From the NCBI GenBank assembly GCA_028534125.1, contig CM052817.1:58220001-58284000 (forward strand): a DNA stretch of 64,000 bases. The letters run 5' to 3'. Positions within the stretch are counted from its first letter, which is position 1, and each line of letters begins with the position of its first letter. The translations under genes and the position numbers were made by a program. The DNA is from Lama glama (Eukaryota). Below are positions 14,632 through 27,124 of the stretch, piece by piece. The notes beneath the pieces were generated by a model. It was not told the origin of the DNA and ran no database searches. It was given only the letters and a program-made list of their open reading frames with translations.

Positions 14632-14970
14632 CTTTTTTTTTTTTTTAAATTGAGGTGTAGCTGATGTACAATATTATGTAAGTTTCAGGTGTACAACATA
14701 GTGATTCACAACTTTTAAAGATTATATTCCATTTGTAGTTATTATAAAATATTGGCTATTTCCCCTGTATTATACATCCTTGTAGCTTATTTACTTTATA
14801 CATAGTAGTTTGTACCTTTTAATACCTTACCTGTATCTTGTCTCTCCCTTCTTCCCTTTCCCCACTGCTAACCACTAGTTTGTTCTCTATATCTCTGAGT
14901 CTGTTTCTTTTTTGTTATATTCACTAGTTTATTTTATTGTTTTAGATTCTGCATATAAATGTCACACAGT
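14632..14970 (-). mobile_element. LINE-1 3' UTR with poly(A), same type as 5255-6028
   Basis: poly(T) followed by aattgaggtgtagctgatgtacaatattat...gattcacaacttttaaagattata. Confidence 0.88.
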
Positions 14971-14974
14971 CCTT

Positions 14975-15180
14975 TCTATGTTCCCTAATTACTACTGGGT
15001 TTGAATTTCTTTTTATATATTTATTGGTAATTTGTATTTCTTCTGGAATTTGCATAATGATATTCTTTGCTCATTTTTCTATTTGGATTGTCTTTTTCTT
15101 ACTGATTTAAAAGAATACTTTATATATTCCAGATATCAATCCTTTGTCTATTTTATACTTTTCAAATATTTTTCCCATTC
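14975..15180 (-). mobile_element. Ancient L1M fragment
   Basis: tttgtatttcttct...ctttgctcatttttctatt...ctttatatattccagatatcaatcctttgtc. Confidence 0.6.
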
Positions 15181-15199
15181 CTTAGAGAAGTCTACAGTT

Positions 15200-15437
15200 G
15201 GTTGACTGACATGGGGATACAAAAGGTCAGCCAGCTGTCCCAAGGTATCAGTAAGTGCTCCAGATCCCATGGGATTCACCTGAAGCAAGTTCCATTTGCA
15301 ACACATCCTTGGTTAGCTTTTCCCCCTGCCCTGTCATGCCTTCTTTCCTCACCTTCTCGCAAGAGTAATTCTTTAATAAATTGCTTGAACAAGAATCTGT
15401 TGCTCAGGCTGTGTTTCTAAGAAAGCTAAACTAGAAT
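15200..15437 (+). mobile_element. LTR16-like (ERVL) LTR, 3' part
   Basis: ctgccctgtcatgccttc...ttaataaattgcttgaacaagaatc...ctcaggctgtgtttct. Confidence 0.55.
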
Positions 15438-15919
15438 ATTGTGAGGACTTTTTTTGCAGAATAATATTTTAAGACTAAACCAAATTCTCTGTGTAAGATG
15501 TGATTATAAAGAATAATATAATTATTATTATATAATAAAATAATTATACTTTATTAACAAACATATTTTCAGATGTGTGCTAGCCTCTTTAAAGTTGTAT
15601 ATTTGTTGTATTGACATTAGTATTGCTCACCAAATTTATGAAATTCAACTTTTGGGAGTCATGTTGAGGGTCTGAGACAGTCTTTGAATATTCATAATAG
15701 TGTCAGTTATTTGCTGCTTTAAGTTTGGATTATTTTGTTAGAAGTGAAAAAAATACTGAATAATTGAATTTAATATTTACTTAACAAAAATATAAACTGA
15801 ACATAGGAAGGAGATCAATATGATAAATAATATTTTGGGTCAAAAGCAAGCCATGGTTGAATGAAATAATTTGTAAGAGACAAGTTATTAAATGTTTGTA
15901 ATGTTTGATATTGAGATTT

Positions 15920-15950
15920 TATATACATATACATACATATATATATGTGT

Positions 15951-15990
<40 letters not shown>
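15920..15990. repeat. Compound (TA/CA)n microsatellite with a pure (CA)n run
   Basis: atatacatat...acacacacacacacacacacacacacacac. Confidence 0.95.
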
Positions 15991-16204
15991 GTTGTAGTGG
16001 TACTTGGCTCCAAGCCCATTGACGTTTGGGTACTGTGACCTCTAACCTTCCTTTCTGTCCTATTCAGGACTGACTCTGGAAATGACAGTATTTGTCTACT
16101 AGTAGACAGAATTAGAACTTCCAGCTGAGAGAGCTTTGGAAGGTTATAAGCTAAATTAAAATATACTTAGTTGTGAAATAGTACAAACATGTCTAATATT
16201 TCTT

Positions 16205-16440
16205 GATAATTTATAGTTATTAAGCATTTATAATGTCCTAGACCCTGTTCTAAGTGCTTTTTTGCTTTTACTTGTTTGGTTATCACAAAACCTTTAAGAC
16301 AGGTGCAACTGTTATCCTTATGAAGGCTCAGGGTGTTTAAATAACTTTTTAAGCCACTCTAAAGCCACACAACTCTTATGTGTAGTGTTGAATTCAAATC
16401 CAGATATTTTTGCATGAGAATCTACTTTCTTAACAATAAT
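16205..16440 (-). mobile_element. MIR SINE
   Basis: taagcattta...ctgttctaagtgcttt...aggctcagg...aaataact...aattcaaatccag. Confidence 0.6.
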
Positions 16441-17354
16441 GCATTCATTGTGTATAAATACCAGAACATAAACTGTAACGTTCTTTGAATATAAACGTAG
16501 TCTTCTTATTTACTTAAGGCTGAGTCACATGTAGATACAACTTTTAGACTTCTTTATTCTTTCACTACTAACTTCTGTCTAATCTCTGGCCAAAATCCAT
16601 TCTTTCTGTATTTCCCTTCTCCCACTGTTGTCTCTTCTGGCCACTAAAGAACTAAGATTTCATCTGGCTTGCTCTCAAGATTACATGTCTTTCTAAATAT
16701 GTATCAAGATTCCTGTCCTTCTGTTAATTCAGACAAAAAAGACTCATCTGCTTCCCCAAATCCTGCTAGAATAATCCTTTGACATGTATTCTCATTCCCT
16801 ATTGTAACAGTATCCATTATCATGCTAATTTAGCACCACCCACTCTCCTTCTCTTTTTACCTGGAAGATTGATTTGTATAGATCCAATTAGGGACAATCT
16901 ATCTCTGCTTAATACCATTGTTAGGGTCAAATCAGTTTGATATAAGCAAACGTTTCTGATATAAGCAGTTATTGTTTGGATTATGTTCTTGCTTATTTGT
17001 TGAAAATAACAGTGTACTCAATGTGGCTAAATTATATGCAAATTTAGTAAATTGCTAACTAAATATATCCAGTCAGCTTTATGATTTCTGACTCTTCCTA
17101 CCTTCTGCTAACAATCTCATCCTCTTCCCTGTGATCAATCAATAACCCACTTGGTCCTGATCAGTCATCCTTTTAATGTATCTCATATTCTCCTCATTGA
17201 CCCTCCTGACAGAAGTGGCCCTTGTCCATATATGTGAGTGATTTATCTATTAAAAAAGCCTCCATTCATTCCTTATTCATTTAAAAGAAAACAATAAAAT
17301 ATTTTGGAAATACATTTAAAGATAAATTACATGAGGTAAAGTTTATTAATAAGA

Positions 17355-17548
17355 GTGGAATTAATAGATACATACTACTACATATAACATGATAACAAGG
17401 ATTTACTATATAACACAGGAAACAATATATTCAATACCTTTTAATAACCTATAGTGGAAAATAATCTGAAAAAAAGCTGCATTACATACATGGGTATACA
17501 CCTGAAACTAACACAACATTGTAAATCAACTATACTTCAATAAAAAAA
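17355..17548 (+). mobile_element. LINE-1 3' UTR end
   Basis: gataacaaggatttactatataacacagga...tacacctgaaactaacacaacattgtaaatcaactatacttcaataaaaaa. Confidence 0.88.
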
Positions 17549-19674
17549 GGAACATTGAGATACAAATTTCATGACCTTTGTAAAACAGAATCTGAACTGG
17601 AGTGCTTTTCAGCTAAGCCTGACACCTGCCAGGTATGAGCATCATTTAAATCTGCATCTAAATTACATAATTAGATGAGACTGACTTGGAAACTTCTTCA
17701 AGCTATTTATTTAATTTTGGTAAAAATTGATCAATGTCCTTTGATATGTTTGCATATGATTTATTTTCTGCCATCACTTTCTTAATGAAAATTGTTACCT
17801 AGAGAATATTTGGTTTGTGTGAATTTTCCTTCTTCCATTTTCACCACGTATCATTGATTTTCTTTTTAATGTGGTCATTTAGGCTCTAACATAATTTTTT
17901 TGATACCTTTTCTGAGAAAGAATAGAGCTGGGACCAGTTTTAATTTATGCAACATTACCGACAAGCAGTTCAAATATTGGTCATTGTTTTTAAATTTCAA
18001 AAAAAAAAAGTATATTTTAGGGAGGTTTATCATAAGGGGTTAGAATACAGATCTAAATTTATATACCCCCTCCCCAGAATTTTTAGGTGATTTTTATAAA
18101 TAGATTGATTGGGGCTGACTTTGATAAGTGGCTCATTTTCGTAATCACTCTGTGTGTTGTACCATCAAGCACCACTTGCTTGAATGCATTTCATTAGAAA
18201 AAGAGGACTGTGGAGATTTGCTCTATACCAGGCGTAGTGTAAAGTTTCTTTCTGCTGTTGTACTTTCCATTCTTAAAATCTGTCAAATAATTATTATCTT
18301 TGTTCTAGTTTAAGCTGCTAGTAAGGGGTAGAGTTTGGATTTGAAACCAAAATAATTTTATACTGATTGCATGTCTGTGTAAGAGGTATTTTTGTTTGTT
18401 AGTTTTGTTTTTGCAATAAAACACCACCAGTTTTGGAGGGAGAAAAACAAAGGATACTTAGTACTAGGTCAAATGTGAGACATCGGTGACTCTTCATCAT
18501 CTTTGATTCATATTGAAGAAGTATGAGGGCTATTCAAATTCTAAGAAATACTTGAAAAATAACAGGAAAGAAAAAGATAAAGGGGATTTTGTTTTGTTTC
18601 TTTTGCCTGCACAGATATATGTACCTATTTGTGTATATGGTAATCAGTTTTCAAGATGGTAGCTGTGAAATCCTGCAAGGTTATTTTATGTCTTCGATTT
18701 ATGCCTTTGAAATTACAGCAGAAAGTGTGATTTTTTTCCCCCCAGTATTTCTTCCTTCTTTAATGCGTTTTACTTTTACTCTATAGGTAACATTAATGAT
18801 CCTTATAACCCCTTTAACTAGAATCCATATCTTTTTCAACCATGCCAAATAAGAAATTCGGCTCTAATTTTATTCAGAATAGATCTACCATATAAAGTTG
18901 CATTCTGTTAAGGGTAGTGACAGTGTTTGCTGAGGTTGTAGAGATGACTGAATAAAGTACTTTCTCGGAGCCTTTTGTTAAATCTTGGTGCTAGAGAGCA
19001 AAGGATACTATTTCTTCAGTTGAGATCAAACTGAGTTTCACACCACTTTTAATAGGGTTAGTCTGCTTCTGTGGAGGTGGTATTACCTACAAGTCAGTGT
19101 AACTTTTGTTTATTTAGAAAGCATTAGAAGTAAATTTAGAAGACATTCTTCTTACATAAATAATTTTTTTTCCAAATAAAATGTTTATGGTAATAAAGAT
19201 CCCTGTACAGTGGGCAGGTCTAGTTCAGCCTATATATTTTCAGGACCTGTTGTGGTTAAAGTGACTATGACTTCTGAAGCAAGAAACATTAGATGAGAAT
19301 TGAGAAAATATGTTTTATCTGATTTGGAAATTTATAAAAATATGTGAAAATGTATATAAGATTAGCTAAGGAGTGAAAGAAATTATAATCATAATAAAAT
19401 TTTAATAAAAATAAAATTAACTTGTATTTGTTTTTAGTGAATAAGTTGAAGTTGATGTGATGATATTGTTATTGAACTTGTTAACATTGTTTTCAAATGT
19501 TAGGAATTTTAGATTATTGAGTGATTTTCCTGTTTGAAAGGCTTTCAGTTAACTTATGACTCTGAAACTTGTAATTCAGCATACTTAACCTCAAAATTAT
19601 AGCATTTATTTATGGTAGTGAGGAAAGATATGTTTACTTATGTTTGAAATATGGATGTATTCAAGTTAAAACTT

Positions 19675-20105
19675 CATTTGATGGAATCCATTTACTCTAT
19701 AGGTACTGATTGTGTGTTAGGCACTGGGGTCTCAAAGCAAAGCAGAAATGGCTTTTGCGATTAAGAAACTTATGGTAAAACAACAAAGTCAGATAAATAA
19801 ATAGATATTTACTATGTAAGGTAATACTTGAAGATACATAAAGGAGGAGTACTAAATCCAAAATGGAAGAGAGTGGGAAGAGGGTCAGAGATGCCATTCT
19901 AGAAGACCATGTTGTAGAAGTAGGAATTTTACCACATCAGAGTTACAGGAAGGGTGTTCCATGAACACAGACCCACATCTGCTAATGCCTTGATGGTGAA
20001 GGTGAGCAGGAAATGACAAATAGTAATCACTGAATTAGAGAATGAAATATGAGAAGGGGAATAATGAATCTGGAGATGTAGATAGCATCCAGTCTTTAAA
20101 AGAAC
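19675..20105 (-). mobile_element. LINE-2 fragment
   Basis: tgtgttaggcactgggg...agggtcagaga...gaagtaggaatttt...ggaagggtgttcc. Confidence 0.5.
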
Positions 20106-20309
20106 ATGGGTAATTCCAACCTCTAGATATTTTATCTTTCTCTCATTTATTTGTAATAAAGAACTTCATTTTAAAGACTATTAGCAAGTAAAATGAATCA
20201 TAAAAAGGTTTTTATCTTTAATAGATTTTATATCTACTCCATGTCATCCCATTTAGTGTGTAAATATTTCTGTATATCCATGATGTTTTTACTTAAAGAA
20301 ATTAGGACA

Positions 20310-20376
20310 GATATACATATATATATATACATATGTATACATATATATATATGTATATATATGTATATATATATAT
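20310..20376. repeat. (TA)n-rich microsatellite
   Basis: atatacatatatatatatac...gtatatatatatatag. Confidence 0.9.
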
Positions 20377-20971
20377 AGCAGCTCAAATGTATTATTTATA
20401 CCCAGTGGAAGTCTGATTGTTTTTATTGTAATTCTTTTTTCTGAAGTTTTTTCATTAGTTAAACCCTTTGAATACTTGCCTAAGAGATAAGAGATTTATT
20501 CACTTTTTATTTTTAAATGCTAATACAAATGCAAGAAATACTAGAAAAGAGGTCAAGAAATATTTTAATATACATAAATTCTGAATAATAATAACTACCT
20601 TGATATTACTGGTAAATATCTTGACATTAATACATTGAAGGCCATAGGTTCAACACCAGCTGCAAATCATAATGATTGGTAATGCTTTAATTACAGCAAA
20701 ATTATTCACTGGGCATTGAAATAAATCTTGCATATAAGTGAAAAATCACAGCTGAGAATGATGTTAATTAAAGCATTATTAAGTGTGAAATTGTGAAAAA
20801 ATTGTATTTTTTATATCCATTTCAGAACATCTAAGCTTGTAGGAAAATGAGATAGTTTTCATTTGTGAAAGATTTCAAGAGCTAAAATGTCTTCGTTTAT
20901 ATTTTGAGCTTTCTTTAGCCAAAGCCCTACAAGAATACTTAAATGATTTAGAAGTTGTCCACATGTAGTTT

Positions 20972-21238
20972 TTTTTTTTAATTTTAGATTTTTTAAAACT
21001 TTTTTTAATTGAAGTATAGTCAGTTACAATGTGTCAATTTTTGGTGTACAGCATAATGTTTGTCATATATATACATTCATATATTCATTTTCATATTCTT
21101 TTTCATTAAAGGTTACTACAAGATACTGAATATAGTTCCCTGTGCTATACAGAAGAAATTTGGTTTTTATCTTTTTATAGATAGTAGTTAGTATCTGCAA
21201 ATCTTGAACTCCCAGTTTATCCCTTCTGACTCCTTTTT
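20972..21238 (-). mobile_element. Short LINE-1 3' UTR insertion with TSD
   Basis: T-rich tail followed by aattgaagtatagtcagttacaatgtgtc. TSD acatgtagttt at 20961-20971 and 21239-21249. Confidence 0.9.
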
Positions 21239-21814
21239 ACATGTAGTTTGATTTAAATTCAAATTCAGTGAGTGCAATTAAAGATCATCTAGTAAAAATC
21301 ATGTAATGCAAATCTGTTTGATTTTTTATGATTTGGGACAAAATATCAAATATTGAAGAATGCATATCTGAAGGAGAAAATATTTTCCATTTTTGTCATA
21401 TACTTCAAGGACATGAAAGTTTTTCACTTGATCAGCCTCATAATATATCTGTAAGGATGATAAAATAGAGGGCTTGTCATTTTATGTTGTATGTGTTATT
21501 GTTAGTTTTGGTTGCAAAAAACAGTAGAATGAAACAGTATGATTCAAGCTGACCAAAAGGGTGTGTATACTATAGGTCAGAAATTAAGTAAAATTTAGAA
21601 ACAAAGCAAAACAAAACAAAATAGGACTCAAATCATGGCACATTAGGAGAACCAGTGAAAAATAGCAGTCACTAGAATATAAAGATTGACCATACAACTA
21701 GGAATTCCTGAGGTGGAAACATATCTTTGCCTTCAGCAGCATAAACTCTTGGCTCTTCACCCTAGTGAAAACAATATATACCATGCTGATTATAAGCTGA
21801 CCCTGCGGTTAGGG

Positions 21815-21990
21815 AAGGCTTAGTTTCTCATTCCTGCTTTACCACTTATTAGCTGAGTGACACAGACAATTTACCTTTCTGCTGTAGAATGTCCATAGTA
21901 CTATTGTCTACCTCTATAGTTGTAAGCATTAAAAGAGAGAATCTGTTTAAAGTACTTGGTACATCACAGTTAATGAACTGTAGCTGCCAC
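21815..21990 (+). mobile_element. MIR SINE (degenerate)
   Basis: ctttaccacttattagctgagtgac...ctgtagaatg...tacctctatagttgtaagcattaaa. Confidence 0.55.
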
Positions 21991-22821
21991 CTTCTCCTCC
22001 TCCTTCTTTGTCTTCATCATTATTACTCTGACATTAATATGGTTCATAATTTTTCTATGCTTCTGTTTCTCACGGTATGTATTCTCACTTGTCTCAGCAT
22101 TACCAGCTGAATTAGCTTTTGTCTGTCTTCTTCAGCTTATGGCTGTGGTTTCCTTATAACTTTATTGCCATGTTTATAGCTCTACCCCAGATCCTTTATG
22201 ATATAGTTTACTTTCCCCTGACAATGGCCTGATTATCTCTAAACTTCCTAAATCAAACACCAAAGGGAAGAATCTGTCCCAGTGTTTTTTTTCTTTGAGT
22301 GGCGATTGTCGGGTCAGGTCATTGCTTAGTCTGGTCTATGATTCTGTTAAGCTCAGGTCAGTAACTTGTTGAGTCCCTTGGTACATCTGGTGCTGGCTAA
22401 CAGAGGCAGTGGTGGGACATTTTACCCGGAGGGCAATGATCATGGCTGTCACATACCTACTAAATCTAAATAAAGAAACATAAAACGTTAAGATTAAATA
22501 ATTTACCAAATTGTAGAGCCAGTGTAAGTAGAAAGACTGAGTCTTGAATAATAATCTCATGTCTCCCAATATAACACTCTTAAATAGACTTTATTCTTGA
22601 TCATCTTTAAGTTTTTGCACCATTATAAGTTTGTTCTATACAAACTATTGGATATTTTGCTACTTAGAAATTCAATTTATTCCTTAAGTATCAGAATTTT
22701 ACTATTTATTTTTTTTAGTGTAACAAAATTGTCATAAATGAAAAACCAGTATTTTGTTTTAAAATGTCTTATTTATCATTGAATTCTATTGACTTTTTCT
22801 GTTTGTTTTAACTTTTCTCAG

Positions 22822-22862
22822 GCTGCTAAGTTGGCTGTCACAGTGCAAGCCTTGGGGTCCCG
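22822..22862 (+). other. CCSER1: 5' UTR portion (41 nt) of the first coding exon of CCSER1
   Basis: Polypyrimidine tract tttttctgtttgttttaacttttctcag ends at 22821. There is no ATG between this acceptor and 22863. Confidence 0.85.
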
Positions 22863-24186
22863 ATGGGGGACTCTGGATCAAGACGATCTACCCTGGTCTC
22901 CCGGTTGCCAATATTCAGAAGGAGTATTAGCAGAAAACATGATTCTCTCCCTTCTTCACCCTCCTCCAGTAATACAGTTGGTGTCCACAGTTCCTCTCCT
23001 TCCAGCACTAACTCAAGCTCAGGTAGTACAGGTAAACGCAGGAGCATCTTCCGCACTCCTTCCATTAGCTTCCATCACAAGAAAGGGAGTGAACCCAAGC
23101 AAGAACCTACCAACCAGAACCTTAGTATTTCAAATGGTGCTCAACCTGGTCACAGCAGTATGCAAAAACTGAGTTTGGAAGAACATATTAAAACCAGGGG
23201 GAGACATTCTGTTGGTTTTAGTAGTTCACGAAATAAGAAGATAACAAGATCTTTGACAGAGGATTTTGAAAGGGAAAAGGAGCACTCAGCTAATAAGAAT
23301 GTCTTCATAAATTGCCTGAGTTCTGGCAAAAGTGAGGGGGATGATTCTGGATTTACAGAAGAACAGACTCGCCGTTCTGTTAAGCAGTCAACAAAGAAGC
23401 TTCTTACTAAATCTTTTTCATCTCACTATAAATTTTCTAAGCCAGTTCCTCAGAGCCAGTCCATTTCATTGGTACAACAGTCTGAATTCTCACTGGAAAT
23501 TGCACAGTACCAAGAGAGGGAACCTGTATTAGTAAGAGCTTCTCCGTCTTGTTCTGCGGATGTCACAGAACGGGCGGGAAGCTCTTTACAATCTCCATTG
23601 CTTTCTGCTGATCTTACTACAGCTCAGACTCCTTCAGAGTTCTTAGCCTTGACTGAAGATTCTGTGTCTGAAGCGGATGGATTTCCTAAAAGTGGAAGCC
23701 TGGCATCCCACTGTGACAACTTTGGCCACAATGATTCTACCTCTCAGATTTCTCCCAATCCTGCTGCTGTTACAAAGACAACAATAGACCTTGTGGGAAC
23801 TGTTCCCTGTGCAATTATGTCTCCTGGGAAATACAGGTTAGAAGATCGATGTAGCACCGAATCTAATTCCTTACCAGAAACCTCTGCTGCTAACCAGAAG
23901 GAAGTGTTGCTGCAAATCACTGAACTACCTGTTATGAATGGGAGTGACTCAGAGACTCACCTGTCAGCAGGTATAAAAAGAGAAGAATATATGTTGATAC
24001 AAAATGGTGAAGCAATGCTGGCGACAAGCTCCCCCAGGAAACTTGGATATTGTGAGCAACATAAAGCAATAGCTGAACGAGTTAAAGGGATCCATCCTAT
24101 TTCAGATTCAAGGATGATACCCTCTTCTGGTGATCATCACATCTTTAACAAAACATCATGTGGGTATGATGCAAATCCTGCCAAAG
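22863..24186 (+). CDS. CCSER1: CCSER1 (FAM190A, serine-rich coiled-coil domain-containing protein 1), coding part of the first coding exon (441 codons + 1 nt)
   Basis: Long uninterrupted ORF beginning MGDSGSRRSTLVSRLPIFRRSISRKHDSLPSSPSSSNTVGVHSSSPSS, recognised as the CCSER1 N-terminus. It ends at donor AAG|GTATGC (GT at 24187-24188), phase 1, giving 1324 coding nt. Confidence 0.96.
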
Positions 24187-24973
24187 GTATGCTGATTTTC
24201 TTTGTATATTAAAATATATGAATTATCATTTACATTATAATTTATAAATAACTTTATGAAGTCACATTGGTAGCAAAAGGTGGACCTCAGGTTGGAATCT
24301 TAGGCAGTTTAAAAAAAAAGGTAGAAATGAAATTATCCGTATTATATCTAATTCTTATTTAGGAATGATGACTTGCCTCAATATTGAACTGAATACTGTA
24401 AATATTTATCACTAGAGACTGACTAACAATTATTTTGCTAACTATTAATCTGTTGACTGAGAGCTTAATTGCAAGCCATTTAAGACATTAAAGTAATTTC
24501 ACTGACTTTGACACTGTGATGCCTGTTCCTGGACATTATTCATATTATCTACAACTTATAAAATAGAGATAGGTAAATAAACTGGTAATGTCAGCAAGGA
24601 AAAGTTGATTGTACACTATCTCTCATCTTCATCAATTGGAGAAATTCATCTACTATTTATGAGGATTTTATAATTTAGAGGTTTAAAGATTTTGAAGACA
24701 TTTAGACAAATGCACTTCATGCAAGAAAGAATTGCTAAATCTCATAATACTAAATTTAGTCTGTATTTATTATTAAGTGTGTTTAGTATTTAATATACAT
24801 ATGTATGTGTTAGGTATACATTCATATCAGAATTAGTAATGGAATGTTGAGCTCTCTGGCAATTTAACTATTATTCATTGGCTTAAAAAGTTGCTAAAAA
24901 GAACTGCTATATGTTGGCCTAATAAGTTCTAGCCAAAAGTCTTTAAACCAGTAGATGAGCCCAAACAGAACAG

Positions 24974-25176
24974 CTCATTCATTCATTCAATAAATATTTG
25001 TTTTGGCACTAGGGATATAGCAATGAACAAAACAGGCATAAATTCCTGCCTTCATCAAGCTTACTTTCTACTGGGAATAGTCAGACAACATGCAAATAAA
25101 TAAATGTCAGATAGTGATGACTGCTAGGGATGAGTTTAATGCAGAATAAAGGATTAGGAAGTGAGGAGTGGGACTG
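24974..25176 (-). mobile_element. LINE-2 3' end (interrupted by L1)
   Basis: cattcattcattcaataaatattt...gggatatagcaatgaacaaaacag...cctgccttcatcaagcttactttcta. Confidence 0.8.
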
Positions 25177-25190
25177 TAGTTTGCATTTTT

Positions 25191-27110
25191 TAGCTTTATT
25201 GAGTTATTAATTGACAAATTATATATTTAAAGTGGACAAAGTAATTATTTGATATATGTGTACCTTGTGTAAGGATTCCCGCTCATCAAGTTAATGAACA
25301 TATCCATCACCTCACATATTTACCTTTTCTTTTTTCGAGAACATTTAAGTTCTACACTCTTAGCAAATTTCAATTGAAAGATACAGTTCTATCAACTTTA
25401 GTCACTTCGTTATGCGCTAGATCCTCAGGCTTTATTTATCTTATAACTGAAAGTTTGTACCCTTTACCAGCCTCTCCCTATCTCCCCCACCTCCAGCCCC
25501 TGGCAACCACTTTTCTACTCTCTCTGAGTTCTACTTTTTTACAAAGGATCCCACATGTAAGTGATGGCATGCAGTATTTGTCTTTCTCTCTCTGGCTTAC
25601 TTTACTTATTAGCATGTCTTTGAGATTAATTCATGTTGTCACAAATGACAAGATTTCCTTCTCTTTTTAAGGCCAAATAATATTCCGTTGAATGTAGATA
25701 CCACATTTTCTTTATCCATTCATCTATTGACTCATACTTCGGTTGTTTCCATACCTCAGCTATTGTGCATAATGCAGCTGTGATCATGGGAGTAAAGATA
25801 CCTCTTTGAGAAGAATTTTGTTGCCTTTGGATATATACCCAAGAGTGAGATTGCAAGATCATATGGTAGCTCTATTTTTAATTTCTTGAAGAGTCTCCAT
25901 ACTGTTTTCCACAGTAGCTTCACCAGTTTACATTTCAGTGCACAGAGCACAAGGGTTCCCTTTCTCCACATCCTTAACAACGCTTGTTCTCTTTGACTTT
26001 TTGATAATAGCCATTCTAACAAAAGTGAGATATATGTCATTGAGACTTTGATTTGCATTTCCCAGATGATTAGGGCTGTTGAGTACCTTTTCATGTACTT
26101 GTTGGCTTATTTGGAAAAATGTTTTTGTAGGTCCTTTGCCCATTTTAAATTTAGGTTTTCTTTGCTATTGAGTTGTATGAACCCCTTATGGGATATATGA
26201 TTTGCAAATATTTTCTCCCATTCAGTAGGTTGTCTTCTCTCACTCTCTCTCTATCTCTGGATTGTTTGCTTTGCTGTGCAGAAGCTTTTTAGTTTGAAGT
26301 AGTCCTACTTGTTTACTTTTGCTTTTATTTCCTTTGCTTTTGATATCAAATCTAAAAAATAAAAGTCATTACCTAGGTCAGTGTCAAAGAGCTTACCCCT
26401 ATGTTTACTTCTATAAAGTTTACAGTTTCTGGTCTTAACTTCGAAGTCTTTAATCCATTTTGAGTTGATTTTAATGTATGGTATAAGATAAGGTTCCAGT
26501 TTCATTCTTTTGCATGTGACTGTTCAGTTTTCCAAACACTCTCTATTGAAGAGATTATTTTTTCCCATCATATATTCTTGGGTTCTTTGTCAAAAATTAA
26601 TTGTCATATATGCATGGCTTTATTTCTTGGCTCACTGTTCTGTTCTGTTGATCCTTGTGTCTCCTTTTATGCCAGTACTGTACTGTTTTGATTACTATAG
26701 CTTTGTAATACAGGTTGAAATCAGGAAGTGTGATGCCTGCAGTTTTGTTCTTAATCAAGATTGCTTTGGATATTTAGGGTCTTCTGTGGTTCTATTATAC
26801 AAACTTTATGATCTTTTTTTCTATTTCTGTGAAAAATGTCATTGTAATTTTGATAGAGATTGTGTTGAATCTGTAGATCCCTTTGAGTAGAATGGACATA
26901 TTAACAATATTAGATCTTCCAATTCAGAAATATGCTATATCTTTTTATTTACTTGTATTTTCTTCATTTTCTTTCATTAATGTCTTTTGTAGTTTTCAAA
27001 TTAGAGATTTTTCACTTCCTTGGTTAAATTTATTCCTAGGTATTTTTTTTTTGATGCAGCTATAAATGGGGTTGTTTTCTTAATTTCTCTTTCTGATAGT
27101 TCCTTGTTTT
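25191..27110 (-). mobile_element. L1MA-like LINE-1, ~1.9 kb, 5'-truncated, with TSD, nested in L2
   Basis: ORF2 remnants on the minus strand (MKLEPYLIPYIKINSKWIKD; WKQPK..DEWIKKMWY). 14-bp TSD tagtttgcattttt at 25177-25190 and 27111-27124. Confidence 0.93.
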
Positions 27111-27124
27111 TAGTTTGCATTTTT

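Noticed and set aside
22863..22880. MGDSGS as an N-myristoylation signal
   Set aside because: Gly2 and Ser6 fit, but Asp directly after Gly is disfavoured by N-myristoyltransferase.
22789..23172. 127-aa overlapping ORF in an alternative frame of the CCSER1 exon
   Set aside because: It starts at a TTG in the intron upstream of the acceptor and is a shadow of the Ser-rich coding frame.
24187..24212. C-terminal GMLIFFVY of the 449-aa ORF as part of canonical CCSER1
   Set aside because: It is intron read-through past the GT donor; the downstream exon continues the frame.
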